Positions 39,958 to 49,339 of a stretch of DNA of 64,000 nt are shown here, in pieces. The stretch spans positions 32,001 through 96,000 of the forward strand of contig JAQCIU010000002.1 in assembly GCA_027593235.1 (NCBI GenBank), in the 5' to 3' direction. Origin of the DNA: Chloroflexota bacterium. Lineage in GTDB: Bacteria > Chloroflexota > Dehalococcoidia > UBA2979. Made by a program: the position numbers and the translations under genes. Each line of letters starts with the position of its first letter. The stretch's first letter is position 1. The notes under the pieces were generated by a model. That model was not told the DNA's origin and ran no database searches. It worked only from the letters and a program-made list of their open reading frames with translations.

Positions 39958-41181
39958 ATGCCTGATCCCGCGCTCGCCCCCACCGAGGGCTACACCCCCG
40001 CGCGCATCCTCCAGCGCATCCAGACCTACGAGGACTTAGGCATCCACCACACCGGATGGCCCGCCGACGACGCCACCAGCGCCTGGCTCATCGAGGAACT
40101 CGCCGCCGCCGGCGTCACCGCCGCCGCCGATCGCTTCGCCTTCCCCCGCGTCGAAGTCCGCCGCGCCGAGGTCCGCGTCGGCCGCGACCGCATCGAGGGC
40201 GTTCCGCTCCACGACGGCGGCTTCACCGATCACGGCGGCATCGACGGCGAACTCTGCGAGGACGACGACGACGACGTCTTCGGCAAAATCGTCCTCGCCA
40301 CCTCCGCCCTCCGCGGCCTACCCGATTGGACCGACCCCGCGCTCGGCGCCCGCTTCGAGGAACTCCTCGACCGCGGCTGCCTCGGCCTGATCCTCCCGAG
40401 GGGTGATCGCGACCGCCAGATCGTCCTCCGCAACGCCCACGCCATCGATCGCCCGCACCACCTCCCCGTGCTCCAGATCGCCCCGCGCGATGTCCCCGCG
40501 CTCCAGGCCCAGATCATGATCCGCGGCGAAGTCGTCCTCGAAGCCGACGGGGAGCGCCTCCGCTCCAACGCCACCAACGTGCTCGCCACCATCGAGGGCA
40601 GCGATCCCTCGCTGTCGCCCCTCGGCATCGTCACCCCGAAGTCCGGCTGGTACACCTGCTCCGCCGAGCGCGGCGGCGGCATCGCGATCTTCCTCGCGCT
40701 CGCCGAAAGCCTCGGCCACGCCCAGCGCCAGGGCCAACTCCCGAGGACCGTCCACCTGCTCGCCAGCTCCGGCCACGAGCTCGACTTCTACGGCGCCCGT
40801 GCCTACGCCCGCACCCACCGCGCCAACATCGCGGACGCCGCCGCCTGGCTACACCTCGGCGCCTCCATCGGCGCGCGCGAACCCCGTGCCGCCGCCGCCT
40901 CCAGCGATGACGCGCTCAACGCCGTCCTCACCGCCGCGCTTGCCACCGAGGAGATAGCGCTCGCCGAGCACCGCGCGCCCGGCCCCGCCCTCGGCGGCGA
41001 AGCCCTCGTGATCAGCGATCTCGGGACCCGCTACGTCAGCTTTCTCGGCGGCCACGCCTACTTCCACTCCCCGAGCGATACAGTCGCTAACGCCGTCGAC
41101 GCCGATGCAGTCGCTCGCTGGGCGCGCAGTTCGCTCCAGGTGTTCAACGCCATGCTCGAATTACGAAGCTCGGATGACTAA
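39958..41181 (+). CDS. hypothetical protein with a PA-like domain and a degenerate M28-peptidase-like fold
   Basis: GIHHTG, NVLATIEG, SGWYTCSAERGGG, SSGHEL, YFHSPSD. Confidence 0.65.
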   Translation: MPDPALAPTEGYTPARILQRIQTYEDLGIHHTGWPADDATSAWLIEELAAAGVTAAADRFAFPRVEVRRAEVRVGRDRIEGVPLHDGGFTDHGGIDGELCEDDDDDVFGKIVLATSALRGLPDWTDPALGARFEELLDRGCLGLILPRGDRDRQIVLRNAHAIDRPHHLPVLQIAPRDVPALQAQIMIRGEVVLEADGERLRSNATNVLATIEGSDPSLSPLGIVTPKSGWYTCSAERGGGIAIFLALAESLGHAQRQGQLPRTVHLLASSGHELDFYGARAYARTHRANIADAAAWLHLGASIGAREPRAAAASSDDALNAVLTAALATEEIALAEHRAPGPALGGEALVISDLGTRYVSFLGGHAYFHSPSDTVANAVDADAVARWARSSLQVFNAMLELRSSDD

Positions 41182-42093
41182 ATGGCCGTCATCCTGGACT
41201 GGCTCGGTTGCGCCACCTTCCGCATGACCGTCGATGACTACGTCATCTTCCTCGACGGCTACATCGATCGCGTCCCCAGCGCGCCCCCCGTCGGCATCAC
41301 CGCCGCCGAGGTCGATCGCGCGGACGCCGTCCTCGTCGGCCACGCCCACTTCGATCACATCGCCGGCGCCGAGGTCATCGCCGCCAACACCGGCGCCAAG
41401 GTCGTCGGCTCCACCGAGAGCACCCGCCTGATCGCCGGCGCCGGCGTCTCCGCGGCCCAACTCCTCCCGTCGCAGGGCGGCGAACGCCACCGCCTCAGCG
41501 ACAACATCGTCGTCACCGTCTACCCCAGCCTCCACTCCTGCGTCTGGGTCGGCGGCGTCGCCTCCGGTGGCACGGACACCGTCATCACCGGGCACGCCGG
41601 TCTCACCGAGGAAGAGCGTGCCGCCGTCCGCTCGGAGCGCCCGCTCGGTGGCCCGTCGCCCGATCCCGCGCTCATGGAGCAGCTCCGCGAGCACCGCGCC
41701 AACACGCTCCACAGCGATCACACCGGCGGGGCGCTCGCCTACATGATCGAAACCCCATACGGCTCCGTCTTCTATCACGACACCTCCGGCTGCTGGACCG
41801 GCGTCGTCAAGGACCTCCGTCCGGACTTCTCCATCGTCGCCATGGCCGGACGCGCCAACATCGATGGCGAACCGATCCAGGGGTCGCTCGCCCAGTTCGT
41901 CGGGCGCATGGGCGACATGCTCCGTCCCGCCGGCATGGTCCTCGGTCACCACGACGACTGGATGCCGCCCGTCACCGCCGACGGCACGACGGAGGAGGCC
42001 CTCGCACCCGTCCGCGCCGAACTCGCGCGCGTCGCACCCCGCGTCAACCTCCTCGAGGTTGGCTATCTCGAGGGAACGACGATCCTCGGCTGA
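41182..42093 (+). CDS. metallo-beta-lactamase-fold hydrolase (UlaG-like)
   Basis: WLGCATF, GHAHFDH, LGHHDDW. Confidence 0.88.
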   Translation: MAVILDWLGCATFRMTVDDYVIFLDGYIDRVPSAPPVGITAAEVDRADAVLVGHAHFDHIAGAEVIAANTGAKVVGSTESTRLIAGAGVSAAQLLPSQGGERHRLSDNIVVTVYPSLHSCVWVGGVASGGTDTVITGHAGLTEEERAAVRSERPLGGPSPDPALMEQLREHRANTLHSDHTGGALAYMIETPYGSVFYHDTSGCWTGVVKDLRPDFSIVAMAGRANIDGEPIQGSLAQFVGRMGDMLRPAGMVLGHHDDWMPPVTADGTTEEALAPVRAELARVAPRVNLLEVGYLEGTTILG

Positions 42094-42120
42094 TGGGCAC
42101 CACCCGATGAGCATCCCCGT

Positions 42121-43425
42121 ATGAACGTCGTCTGGCTGCAGCTCGTCGTCATCGTGGTGCTCGTCGCCATCAATGCCCTCTTCGCCGGGGCGGAACTCGC
42201 GCTGATCTCGCTCACCCAGCGCGACATCGAACGCATGCAGCAACGCGGCGGAGCGGCCGCGCTTGCCGCCCGGCTCGCCCAGGACCCCACGCGGTTCCTC
42301 TCCACCATCCAGGTCGGGATCACCTTCGCCGGGTTCCTCGCCTCTGCCGTCGCCGCGGTCAGCCTCGCGGAACCGCTCATCCCGCCGCTGCGCGATCTGC
42401 TTGGTAGCGCCGCCCGGCCTGTTGCCGTCGTCGTCGTCACCGTCGCCCTCGCCTTCTTGACGCTCGTCTTCGGTGAACTCGCGCCAAAACGCATCGCCAT
42501 GCAGCGCGCCGTCGGCTGGTCCACCGTCGCCGCCCGCCCGCTCAACGGCCTCGCCCTCTTCGCTCGGCCCGCCGTCTGGCTACTCTCCGCGTCCACCAAC
42601 GTGCTCGTCCGCCTCGCCGGCGCCGACCCGCAAGTCGGCCGCGCCGTCATGACCGCCGACGAGATCCGCGATGTCATCGCCTCCAGCGCCGCCCTTGGTC
42701 CGGAACAGCGCCGCATGATCGGCGGCGCCTTCGAAAGCAGCGAACTCACCGTTCGCGATGTGATCGTGCCGCGCCGCGCGATCATCGCCCTCCGTGCCGA
42801 TTCCACCGTCGCCGAGGGCATCGCCCGCCTTCGCGCCACCACCCACGTCCGCGCGCCAGTCATCCGCGAGGATCTCGATCACGTCGTGGGCATCGTCCAC
42901 ATCCTTGATCTCATCGATCAGTCGGGAACCATCGGCGACCACAGCCGCGAAACCATCGCCATCCCTGAATTCGTCCGCGTCATCGACGCGCTCAAGCAGA
43001 TGCAGGCGCAGCGCGTCCAGATGGCGATGGTCGTCGATGAGCACGGCGGTATCGATGGCATGGTCACCGTCGAGGACCTCGTCGAGGAGATCGTCGGCGA
43101 GATCTTCGACGAGTTCGATCCCAAGGTCGTCGCTGTCCGCCATGAACCAGACGGCAGCGTCGAGGTCCGCGGCGAGTTCCCGCTCCACGATCTCGACGAA
43201 CTCGGCGTCATGCTCTCCGTCGCTGGGCCCTACACCACGATCGGCGGCCTCGTCATGGCGCGGCTCGGCCGCGTCCCAGAGGTCGGCGGCTCCGTCGTCG
43301 AGGGCGGCTGGACGCTCGAGGTCACCTCGATGCGTGGACTCGCCGTCCGCACCGTGCGACTCCGCCCGACATCCTCGGATGCGACTGAGTCACCCGGGGC
43401 CACACCAGTCGACGAACGGTCCTGA
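42121..43425 (+). CDS. HlyC/CorC (CNNM-CBS-CorC) family protein
   Basis: FAGAELAL, STIQVGIT, GELAPKRIA, VDEHGGIDG, EDLVEEIVGEI. Confidence 0.94.
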   Translation: MNVVWLQLVVIVVLVAINALFAGAELALISLTQRDIERMQQRGGAAALAARLAQDPTRFLSTIQVGITFAGFLASAVAAVSLAEPLIPPLRDLLGSAARPVAVVVVTVALAFLTLVFGELAPKRIAMQRAVGWSTVAARPLNGLALFARPAVWLLSASTNVLVRLAGADPQVGRAVMTADEIRDVIASSAALGPEQRRMIGGAFESSELTVRDVIVPRRAIIALRADSTVAEGIARLRATTHVRAPVIREDLDHVVGIVHILDLIDQSGTIGDHSRETIAIPEFVRVIDALKQMQAQRVQMAMVVDEHGGIDGMVTVEDLVEEIVGEIFDEFDPKVVAVRHEPDGSVEVRGEFPLHDLDELGVMLSVAGPYTTIGGLVMARLGRVPEVGGSVVEGGWTLEVTSMRGLAVRTVRLRPTSSDATESPGATPVDERS

Positions 43426-43471
43426 GTCCCCGGGTACAGCGGTTCGCGAGCCTTCGGCGGTGCGCCTGGCG

Positions 43472-44110
43472 CTAGCTGGCGCGGCGGGCGGGGATGAGCT
43501 GCGCCTGCTCCAGCCAGCCCGTGATCACCGCCAGCGACTCCTCCACGGACTGCGTGCCGCTGTCCACCCGGATCTCCGGTGACTCTGGCGCCTCGTACGG
43601 GTCGGAGATGCCGGTGAACTGCGCGATCTCGCCGCGCCGCGCTCGCGCGTAGAGGCCCTTCACGTCGCGCGCTTCCACATGCTCCAGCGCGCAATCGACG
43701 TGTACCTCGACGAAGCGGTTGGCCATTCCTCGTACCCGCTCGCGGGCCGCGCGGTAGGGAGAGATCGCCGCGACGATCGCGATCACACCATGTCGGGCGA
43801 GCAGTGTCGCGACATAACCAATACGCAACACGTTCGTGTCCCGGTCCTCGCGTGTGAAGCCCAGGCCCTTCGACAGGAACTCACGCACCTCGTCGCCGTC
43901 CAGCAGTTCAACGGGCGTGGAGCGTTCCCGCAGGTCGGCCGCGATCAGCTCGGACAGCGTCGATTTCCCGGCGCCGGAGAGACCGGTCAACCACAGCACG
44001 AATCCCGCGCCGGCGGTGCTCGGAACGGCGGGAGCGCCGCGAAGCCCATCACGCGCCATCGCCGGCTCGCTGGACTCGGACGGCGTCTGTCCCTCGGTCG
44101 TCACGGCCAT
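43472..44110 (-). CDS. cysC: adenylyl-sulfate kinase
   Basis: WLTGLSGAGKST, LLDGDEVR, ISPY, RDVKGLY, FTGISDPYEAP. Confidence 0.96.
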   Translation of the reverse strand: MAVTTEGQTPSESSEPAMARDGLRGAPAVPSTAGAGFVLWLTGLSGAGKSTLSELIAADLRERSTPVELLDGDEVREFLSKGLGFTREDRDTNVLRIGYVATLLARHGVIAIVAAISPYRAARERVRGMANRFVEVHVDCALEHVEARDVKGLYARARRGEIAQFTGISDPYEAPESPEIRVDSGTQSVEESLAVITGWLEQAQLIPARRAS

Positions 44111-44177
44111 CAGGGACGCACCCCTCGTCAACGGGCCTCACGTTGAGCGCGACGCTCTCGCCGGCGCTCCCGCTGCG

Positions 44178-45593
44178 CTAGCTAACGGTGCGATCGCGCG
44201 AGTTGCGTTCCGCCAGCGGTCGTGGCTCGTCCACGCGCCAGTTGCCCTCGAAGGCCACGCGGTCCTCCGGGTAGGCGTGAAGCTGGCGGATGCTCCGCCC
44301 CTTCACCTGGTTCAGGACCACGCCGTGAATCGGGCGGCGGGCCTGCGACAGCGCGTCCACCGCGGCGCCCAGCTCCTCCACCTGCGTCTTGTTCGGCCGC
44401 AGCACCAGCAGCGATCCCGTTGCCACCCCGGCCAGCACCGTGCCGTCCGTCACGGACAACAGCGGCGGGCTGTCCAGCAGCACCACCTCGAACCGGCGGC
44501 GCAGCTCGTCGATCACCTGTCGCATCCGCAGCGAACCCAGCAATTCCGAGGGGTTCGTCGCGATCGGACCGGCCGGGAGCAGCGAAACGTTCGGCTGATC
44601 GGTCCGCTGGACCACGCGGTCCAGGTCGGCCGTCGGGGAGTTCAATGCCGTCGTCAGCCCCACGTCGTTGTTCGCGCCAAAGATCTCGTGCTGTCGTGGG
44701 TTGCGGAGGTCGGCGTCAACCAGCACCACGCTGCGACCGGCCAGCCCGAACACCACCGCCAGGTTGGCGGCCACCGTCGTCTTGCCATCGCCGCCCGTCG
44801 GGCTGGCGATCAGGATCACGGACGCGTCTTGTTCAAAGTCGATCCGCGTCGACAGGTTCGTCCGGATTGCCCGGAATTCTTCCGCCACCGGCGAGGTCGG
44901 GCGCATCACCACCTGCAACTGCCCGGGCGCACCGCCCGTCGTGCTGAACCGCTGCAGTTGACCCACTGTCGGCAGGCCCGTCCGGTTGAACACATCGGAC
45001 GACAGCCGCACCCGGTGATCCAGGCTCTCAATCACCAGCACCACCGCGGTCGCGCCGACGAAGGCGACGAGTACGCCCAGCACGATGCTGACCGTGTTGG
45101 AGGGGGCGTGCTCATCGGCCGAGATCGCCTCTTCCACGATACTCACGGCACCAGCCGTCTCCGCGACCAGCACACCGTCCGAATCAACGAAGGTCTGCGC
45201 GGTTACGTTCGCGATCGAGACGGCTTCCTCCGCCGATCGCCCGGTTGCGGTGATGTCCAGGAAGAATGTCCCGGCGGGGCTTGAAACCTGCAGTCGGCTC
45301 TCAAGCTGGTTCGGCGTCAGCTCCCAGCCCCCGGTTTCGATCGCGCTCACCAGCACCGGCCGCAGCGTCACCATGTCCGCGAACGTTGCCGCCAGCAGGC
45401 GACTGATCGTCAGGTCGTTGACCCCGGTCACGCCGGGCGCCGCCTGCTGCAGTACCAGCATTCGCGTCGTCGCCTCGTAGGTCACCAGTCGGTCGGAGGT
45501 CAGGTAGCGTGCGTAACCGCCGCCAATCACCATCGCGATCACCATCACCCACCACCAGCGTCGAACGACCGCAAGCAGTTGTGTCAATTCCAC
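44178..45593 (-). CDS. polysaccharide co-polymerase/BY-kinase fusion (Wzc/CapAB-like)
   Basis: Wzz-like N-terminus (RRWW, YEATT), two TM segments, AEEFRAIRTN, SPTGGDGKTT, LVDADLRNP, LLDSPP. Confidence 0.92.
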   Translation of the reverse strand: MELTQLLAVVRRWWWVMVIAMVIGGGYARYLTSDRLVTYEATTRMLVLQQAAPGVTGVNDLTISRLLAATFADMVTLRPVLVSAIETGGWELTPNQLESRLQVSSPAGTFFLDITATGRSAEEAVSIANVTAQTFVDSDGVLVAETAGAVSIVEEAISADEHAPSNTVSIVLGVLVAFVGATAVVLVIESLDHRVRLSSDVFNRTGLPTVGQLQRFSTTGGAPGQLQVVMRPTSPVAEEFRAIRTNLSTRIDFEQDASVILIASPTGGDGKTTVAANLAVVFGLAGRSVVLVDADLRNPRQHEIFGANNDVGLTTALNSPTADLDRVVQRTDQPNVSLLPAGPIATNPSELLGSLRMRQVIDELRRRFEVVLLDSPPLLSVTDGTVLAGVATGSLLVLRPNKTQVEELGAAVDALSQARRPIHGVVLNQVKGRSIRQLHAYPEDRVAFEGNWRVDEPRPLAERNSRDRTVS

Positions 45594-45740
45594 CTGGAGA
45601 CCTCCCGGTCACCCGAACGCGCATCGCGCTCAAGCAGGCCCCGCCCCCGCTCTCTGCTCGTCGCAGCGCGCGGTCACGGCCAATAGTTCATCGTGGTCTC
45701 AGTGTGCCATGGGTGCGCCAACACATGCGCCCCCATCTAG

Positions 45741-46724
45741 GGCAAGTGGTTCTTCGACTACGGTGCGAACCGCGTCTACATCGGCGGCAACCCCTCGGGT
45801 CGGCTGGTCGAGTTGAGCACGACGCTGACGGCGTTCAGCGGCTCGGCGAGCGACGTGACGATCACGGGTCTGACGATCGAGAAGTACGCCAACCGCGCCC
45901 AGACGGGAGCGATTGAGGCCGGATCCGGAAACCGCTGGATCATCAGCGGCAACGAGACGCGCCTCAACCATGGGTACGGGATCCGCGTGGGTAACCGCGC
46001 ACAGGCGTTGAACAACTTCGTGCACCACAACGGCCAGCTCGGCATGGGTGGTGTTGGCGACGACATCCTGATCGAAGGGAATGAGATTTCGTACAACCAC
46101 ACCGGCGGGTTCCTGTTGGACTGGGAAGCCGGTGGGACGAAGTTCGCGAAGACCAACCGGCTGGTGGTGCGGAACAACTGGGTGCACCACAACGAGGGCC
46201 GCGGTCTCTGGACGGACATCGACAACATCAACGTGCTGATGGTCGGCAACCTGGTGGAGTACAACGCCAAGGGCGGCATCGTGCACGAGATTGGCTACAA
46301 GGCGGAGTTCCGCGACAACGTGTCCCGCTACAACGGGCACGGGTTCGGGGAGTGGGAGTGGGGTGCCCAGATCGTCATCCAGAACAGCTCCGACGTGCTG
46401 GTGACCGGGAATGACGTGACGGTGTCCGCAACGACCACCGGAAACGGGATCACCGTCATCAACCAGGAGCGTGGTTCAGGCCCCTATGGCCCCTACGTCT
46501 CGGAACGGGTGACGGTAACCGGCAATACGATCCGGCACCTGGGGGTCCGTGGTGTGAATGGTGCGAACCAGGGGTGTTCACGAGACATCACGTTCGACTA
46601 CAACACCTACATCGCCCCGGCCGGCTGGTTCCAATATGCGATGTTCCACTGGTGTTCCGCGGAGAACTGGGCAGGGTTCCAGTCGAGGGGCCAGGAGGCC
46701 CATGGGACGAAGATCGTGAGCTAG
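45741..46724 (+). pseudogene. 5'-truncated parallel beta-helix protein, paralog of 3007-4698
   Basis: Begins GKWFFDYGANRVY directly after an in-frame TAG, matching GRWYFDYGADRIY in the middle of the paralog; no signal peptide or plausible start. Confidence 0.8.
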
Positions 46725-46765
46725 GCGATTCGTCTCGCCGCACGGCGAACGACGTATTGAACTGG

Positions 46766-46798
46766 GAGGGGACCGCCCGTCGGGCGGTCCCCTCTTTG
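46766..46798 (+). terminator. intrinsic terminator
   Basis: GAGGGGACCGCCC-GTC-GGGCGGTCCCCTC 13-bp stem followed by TTTG. Confidence 0.8.
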
Positions 46799-46957
46799 TC
46801 GTCCGGCGTTCATCGCGTGGCCCGACCGAATGCAGCGCACCTGGACGCGTGTAGATCGACCGGTGATCGACGGCTGCCGTCACTGCGTTGTTATGGAGTG
46901 AGTAGGGCCGGTATCCTGTTGCTCCGAGCTCGGCGGCGGGTAGAGGTGTGTGGGGTC

Positions 46958-47290
46958 ATGAAGCGTCAGTACGAATCACAGCAACACTGCCCGATCGCCC
47001 GGTCGCTGGATCTGATCGGCGACCGGTGGACGATCCTGGTGCTGCGCGACCTGCACCGAGGGCGGACACGCTTCGCGGATCTGCTGCGGTCGCTGGATGG
47101 CGTCTCGCCGAACCTGCTGTCCGCACGGCTGAAGACGCTGGAGCGCGAGGGCCTGGTGGAGCGTCGTCTCTACTGCCAGCACCCGCCGCGCGCCGAGTAC
47201 GTGCTGACCGAGCGCGGCGAAGCGTTCGGGCCGGTGCTGCGGGCAATGCTCGACTGGGGTCGCGAGATTCCGCAACCGGCGCTGACCTAG
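46958..47290 (+). CDS. HxlR-family winged-helix transcriptional regulator
   Basis: CPIARSLDLIGDRWT, RFADL, LSARLKTLE, PPRAEYVLT. Confidence 0.94.
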   Translation: MKRQYESQQHCPIARSLDLIGDRWTILVLRDLHRGRTRFADLLRSLDGVSPNLLSARLKTLEREGLVERRLYCQHPPRAEYVLTERGEAFGPVLRAMLDWGREIPQPALT

Positions 47291-47467
47291 CACCCACTCG
47301 GTACGCGGCTCGGCGAGCCGCTCTTCACTCAACCGTCCGATTCGTCCGTCCTCGATGTGATCGCACGTGCTGTCGGGGCCTCCTGGAGCCGGTCCGGGCG
47401 CCGGGAGGCGGTGGTCTATCCTCGATCGTCGAGGGGCCGCGAGGCGATGGCGCGACGGGAGTACCGG

Positions 47468-48439
47468 ATGGCGGCGACACGAGCGCGCGAAACGCCCTCG
47501 GGTGACGCCGTCTCGTCCGAGGTTCCGGCGATCGAGTTCCGAGCCCTGACAAAACATTACGGATCGCGAGTGGCGCTGCGGGGGATCGATCTTCGCGTCG
47601 GGCGCGGTCAACTCTTCGGGTTCCTGGGTCCGAACGGCGCCGGGAAGACGACGGCGATCCGGACGCTCCTTGATCTGATTCGCCCGAGCGCCGGGCAGGC
47701 GCTAGCACTGGGCCTTGATTCGCGCGCCGACAGCCTGGAGGTGCGACGCCGGATCGGCTACCTGCCTGCGGACGCGGAGTTCTACCACGACATGACGGGC
47801 GCGGAGCTGTTCCGCTACGTGGAGCGGATCCGCAAGGGCGTCGATCACCGCTACCTCGCACGACTGATCGACAGCCTGGAACTGGACGCGGCGCGGCCGA
47901 TTGGCGCCCTGTCGCGTGGGAATCGCCAGAAGGTGGGGGTGGTGCAGGCGCTGATGACGCGCCCCGAGCTGGTGATGATGGACGAGCCGACGGCGAGCCT
48001 TGATCCGCTGATGCAGGACGTGGTGGCGGAGCTGCTTCGCGAGGTGGTGGCCGAGGGGCGAACGGTGTTCTTCTCCTCGCACGTGCTTGCGGAGGTGGAG
48101 CGGCTGTGCAGCCGCGCGGCGGTGCTCCGCGAGGGCGAGATTGTGCGGGTCGTGGATCTGGCGGAGGAGCGGCGACTGGCGCCGCGCCGCGTTCGCGTGC
48201 GGTTCGCGTCGGCGGTGCCCGCGGATGCATTCGTGGGACTGGACGGTGTGCGCGTGCTGCGCGTTGCCGACGGTGAGGCAGAGTTCGAGACACGCGAGAG
48301 CATCGATCCACTGCTGAAGGCGCTGGCGCAACACACCGTCGTGGAGCTGGAGTCGAGCGAGCCGACGCTGGAGGATCTGTTCCGGTCGTACTACGTGGAT
48401 CCGACGCCCGAGGAGCAGGCAGTGGGTGGTGCGGGATGA
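47468..48439 (+). CDS. ABC transporter ATP-binding protein
   Basis: GFLGPNGAGKTT, LSRGNRQK, MDEPT, SSH; start at 47468 or 47447. Confidence 0.94.
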   Translation: MAATRARETPSGDAVSSEVPAIEFRALTKHYGSRVALRGIDLRVGRGQLFGFLGPNGAGKTTAIRTLLDLIRPSAGQALALGLDSRADSLEVRRRIGYLPADAEFYHDMTGAELFRYVERIRKGVDHRYLARLIDSLELDAARPIGALSRGNRQKVGVVQALMTRPELVMMDEPTASLDPLMQDVVAELLREVVAEGRTVFFSSHVLAEVERLCSRAAVLREGEIVRVVDLAEERRLAPRRVRVRFASAVPADAFVGLDGVRVLRVADGEAEFETRESIDPLLKALAQHTVVELESSEPTLEDLFRSYYVDPTPEEQAVGGAG

Positions 48440-49269
48440 GCAGGTTGCCGATCGCCACGCGGACACTGCGTGAGCTGCGCTGGCAGATCCTGGGCTACGG
48501 GCTGGGCCTGGGGTTCTGGGCGTTCCTGGTGGCGATCATCTATCCCTCGGTCAGCGAGGAGTTCGCGGGGATCGAGTTCCCGGACTTCTACGCGGCGATC
48601 TTTGGTGAGCAGATGCGCGACTTTTCGCGGCCCTCGACGTTCTTCACGCTGGAGTACCTGACGTGGGTGCCAATCGTGCTGGGGGTCTACGCGGTGGTCG
48701 GCGCGACGGGCCTGCTGGCCGGGGAGGAGAGTCGGGGGACGGTGGACTTTCTGCTGTCGCTCCCGGTATCGCGACGGCGCGTCTTCGCGGAGAAGGTGGC
48801 GGCGTGGCTCGCGGGTGCGGTGCTGGCAGTGCTACTGACGACGGTGGGTTTCGTGTTGGCGCTGCCGCTCGTCGACCTCGGCGGAGAGCACGGGATCAGC
48901 GTGCTGGACTTCCTGGGGGCGTCGTTCGTGACGCTGCCGCTGATCAGCTTCTACGCGGCGCTGGCCCTCGCGGTGAGCGCGGTGGCGCCATCGCGCGGGA
49001 CGGCCTCGGGGGTGCTGACGGTCGCGCTGATCGCGGGCTACGTCTTTTCGTCATTCCCGCAGCTTGCGGAGGCGACGCAGTGGCTCCGCTACGTGAGTCC
49101 CTTCTACTACGGCGGGGTGTCCGACGCGTTGAGCGGCGGGGTTCACTGGGGGCACCAGGCGCTGCTGATCGTAGCTGCGCTGATCCTCGGAGGGTTCGCG
49201 CTCGTGGCGTTCGAGCGCCGGGAGATCGGCGTCGGTGGTTGGCAGCGGCCGTGGCAGGCGCGCCGCTAG
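48436..49269 (+). CDS. ABC-2 type permease
   Basis: Six TM segments, AGEESRGTVDFLLSLPVSR, SPFYY, FERRE; ATGA overlap with the ATPase. Confidence 0.92.
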   Translation: MSRLPIATRTLRELRWQILGYGLGLGFWAFLVAIIYPSVSEEFAGIEFPDFYAAIFGEQMRDFSRPSTFFTLEYLTWVPIVLGVYAVVGATGLLAGEESRGTVDFLLSLPVSRRRVFAEKVAAWLAGAVLAVLLTTVGFVLALPLVDLGGEHGISVLDFLGASFVTLPLISFYAALALAVSAVAPSRGTASGVLTVALIAGYVFSSFPQLAEATQWLRYVSPFYYGGVSDALSGGVHWGHQALLIVAALILGGFALVAFERREIGVGGWQRPWQARR

Positions 49270-49339
49270 CGAGCAGCGTGAGCAATCATCCCGGCACTAC
49301 CATGCGGCGGCCAAGCAGCGCCGACCGACGGGACCCGCG

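Noticed and set aside
45594-45740. oriC at the skew switch
   Set aside because: No DnaA-box cluster, AT-rich unwinding element, dnaA or parAB nearby. The coincident gene truncation favours a rearrangement.
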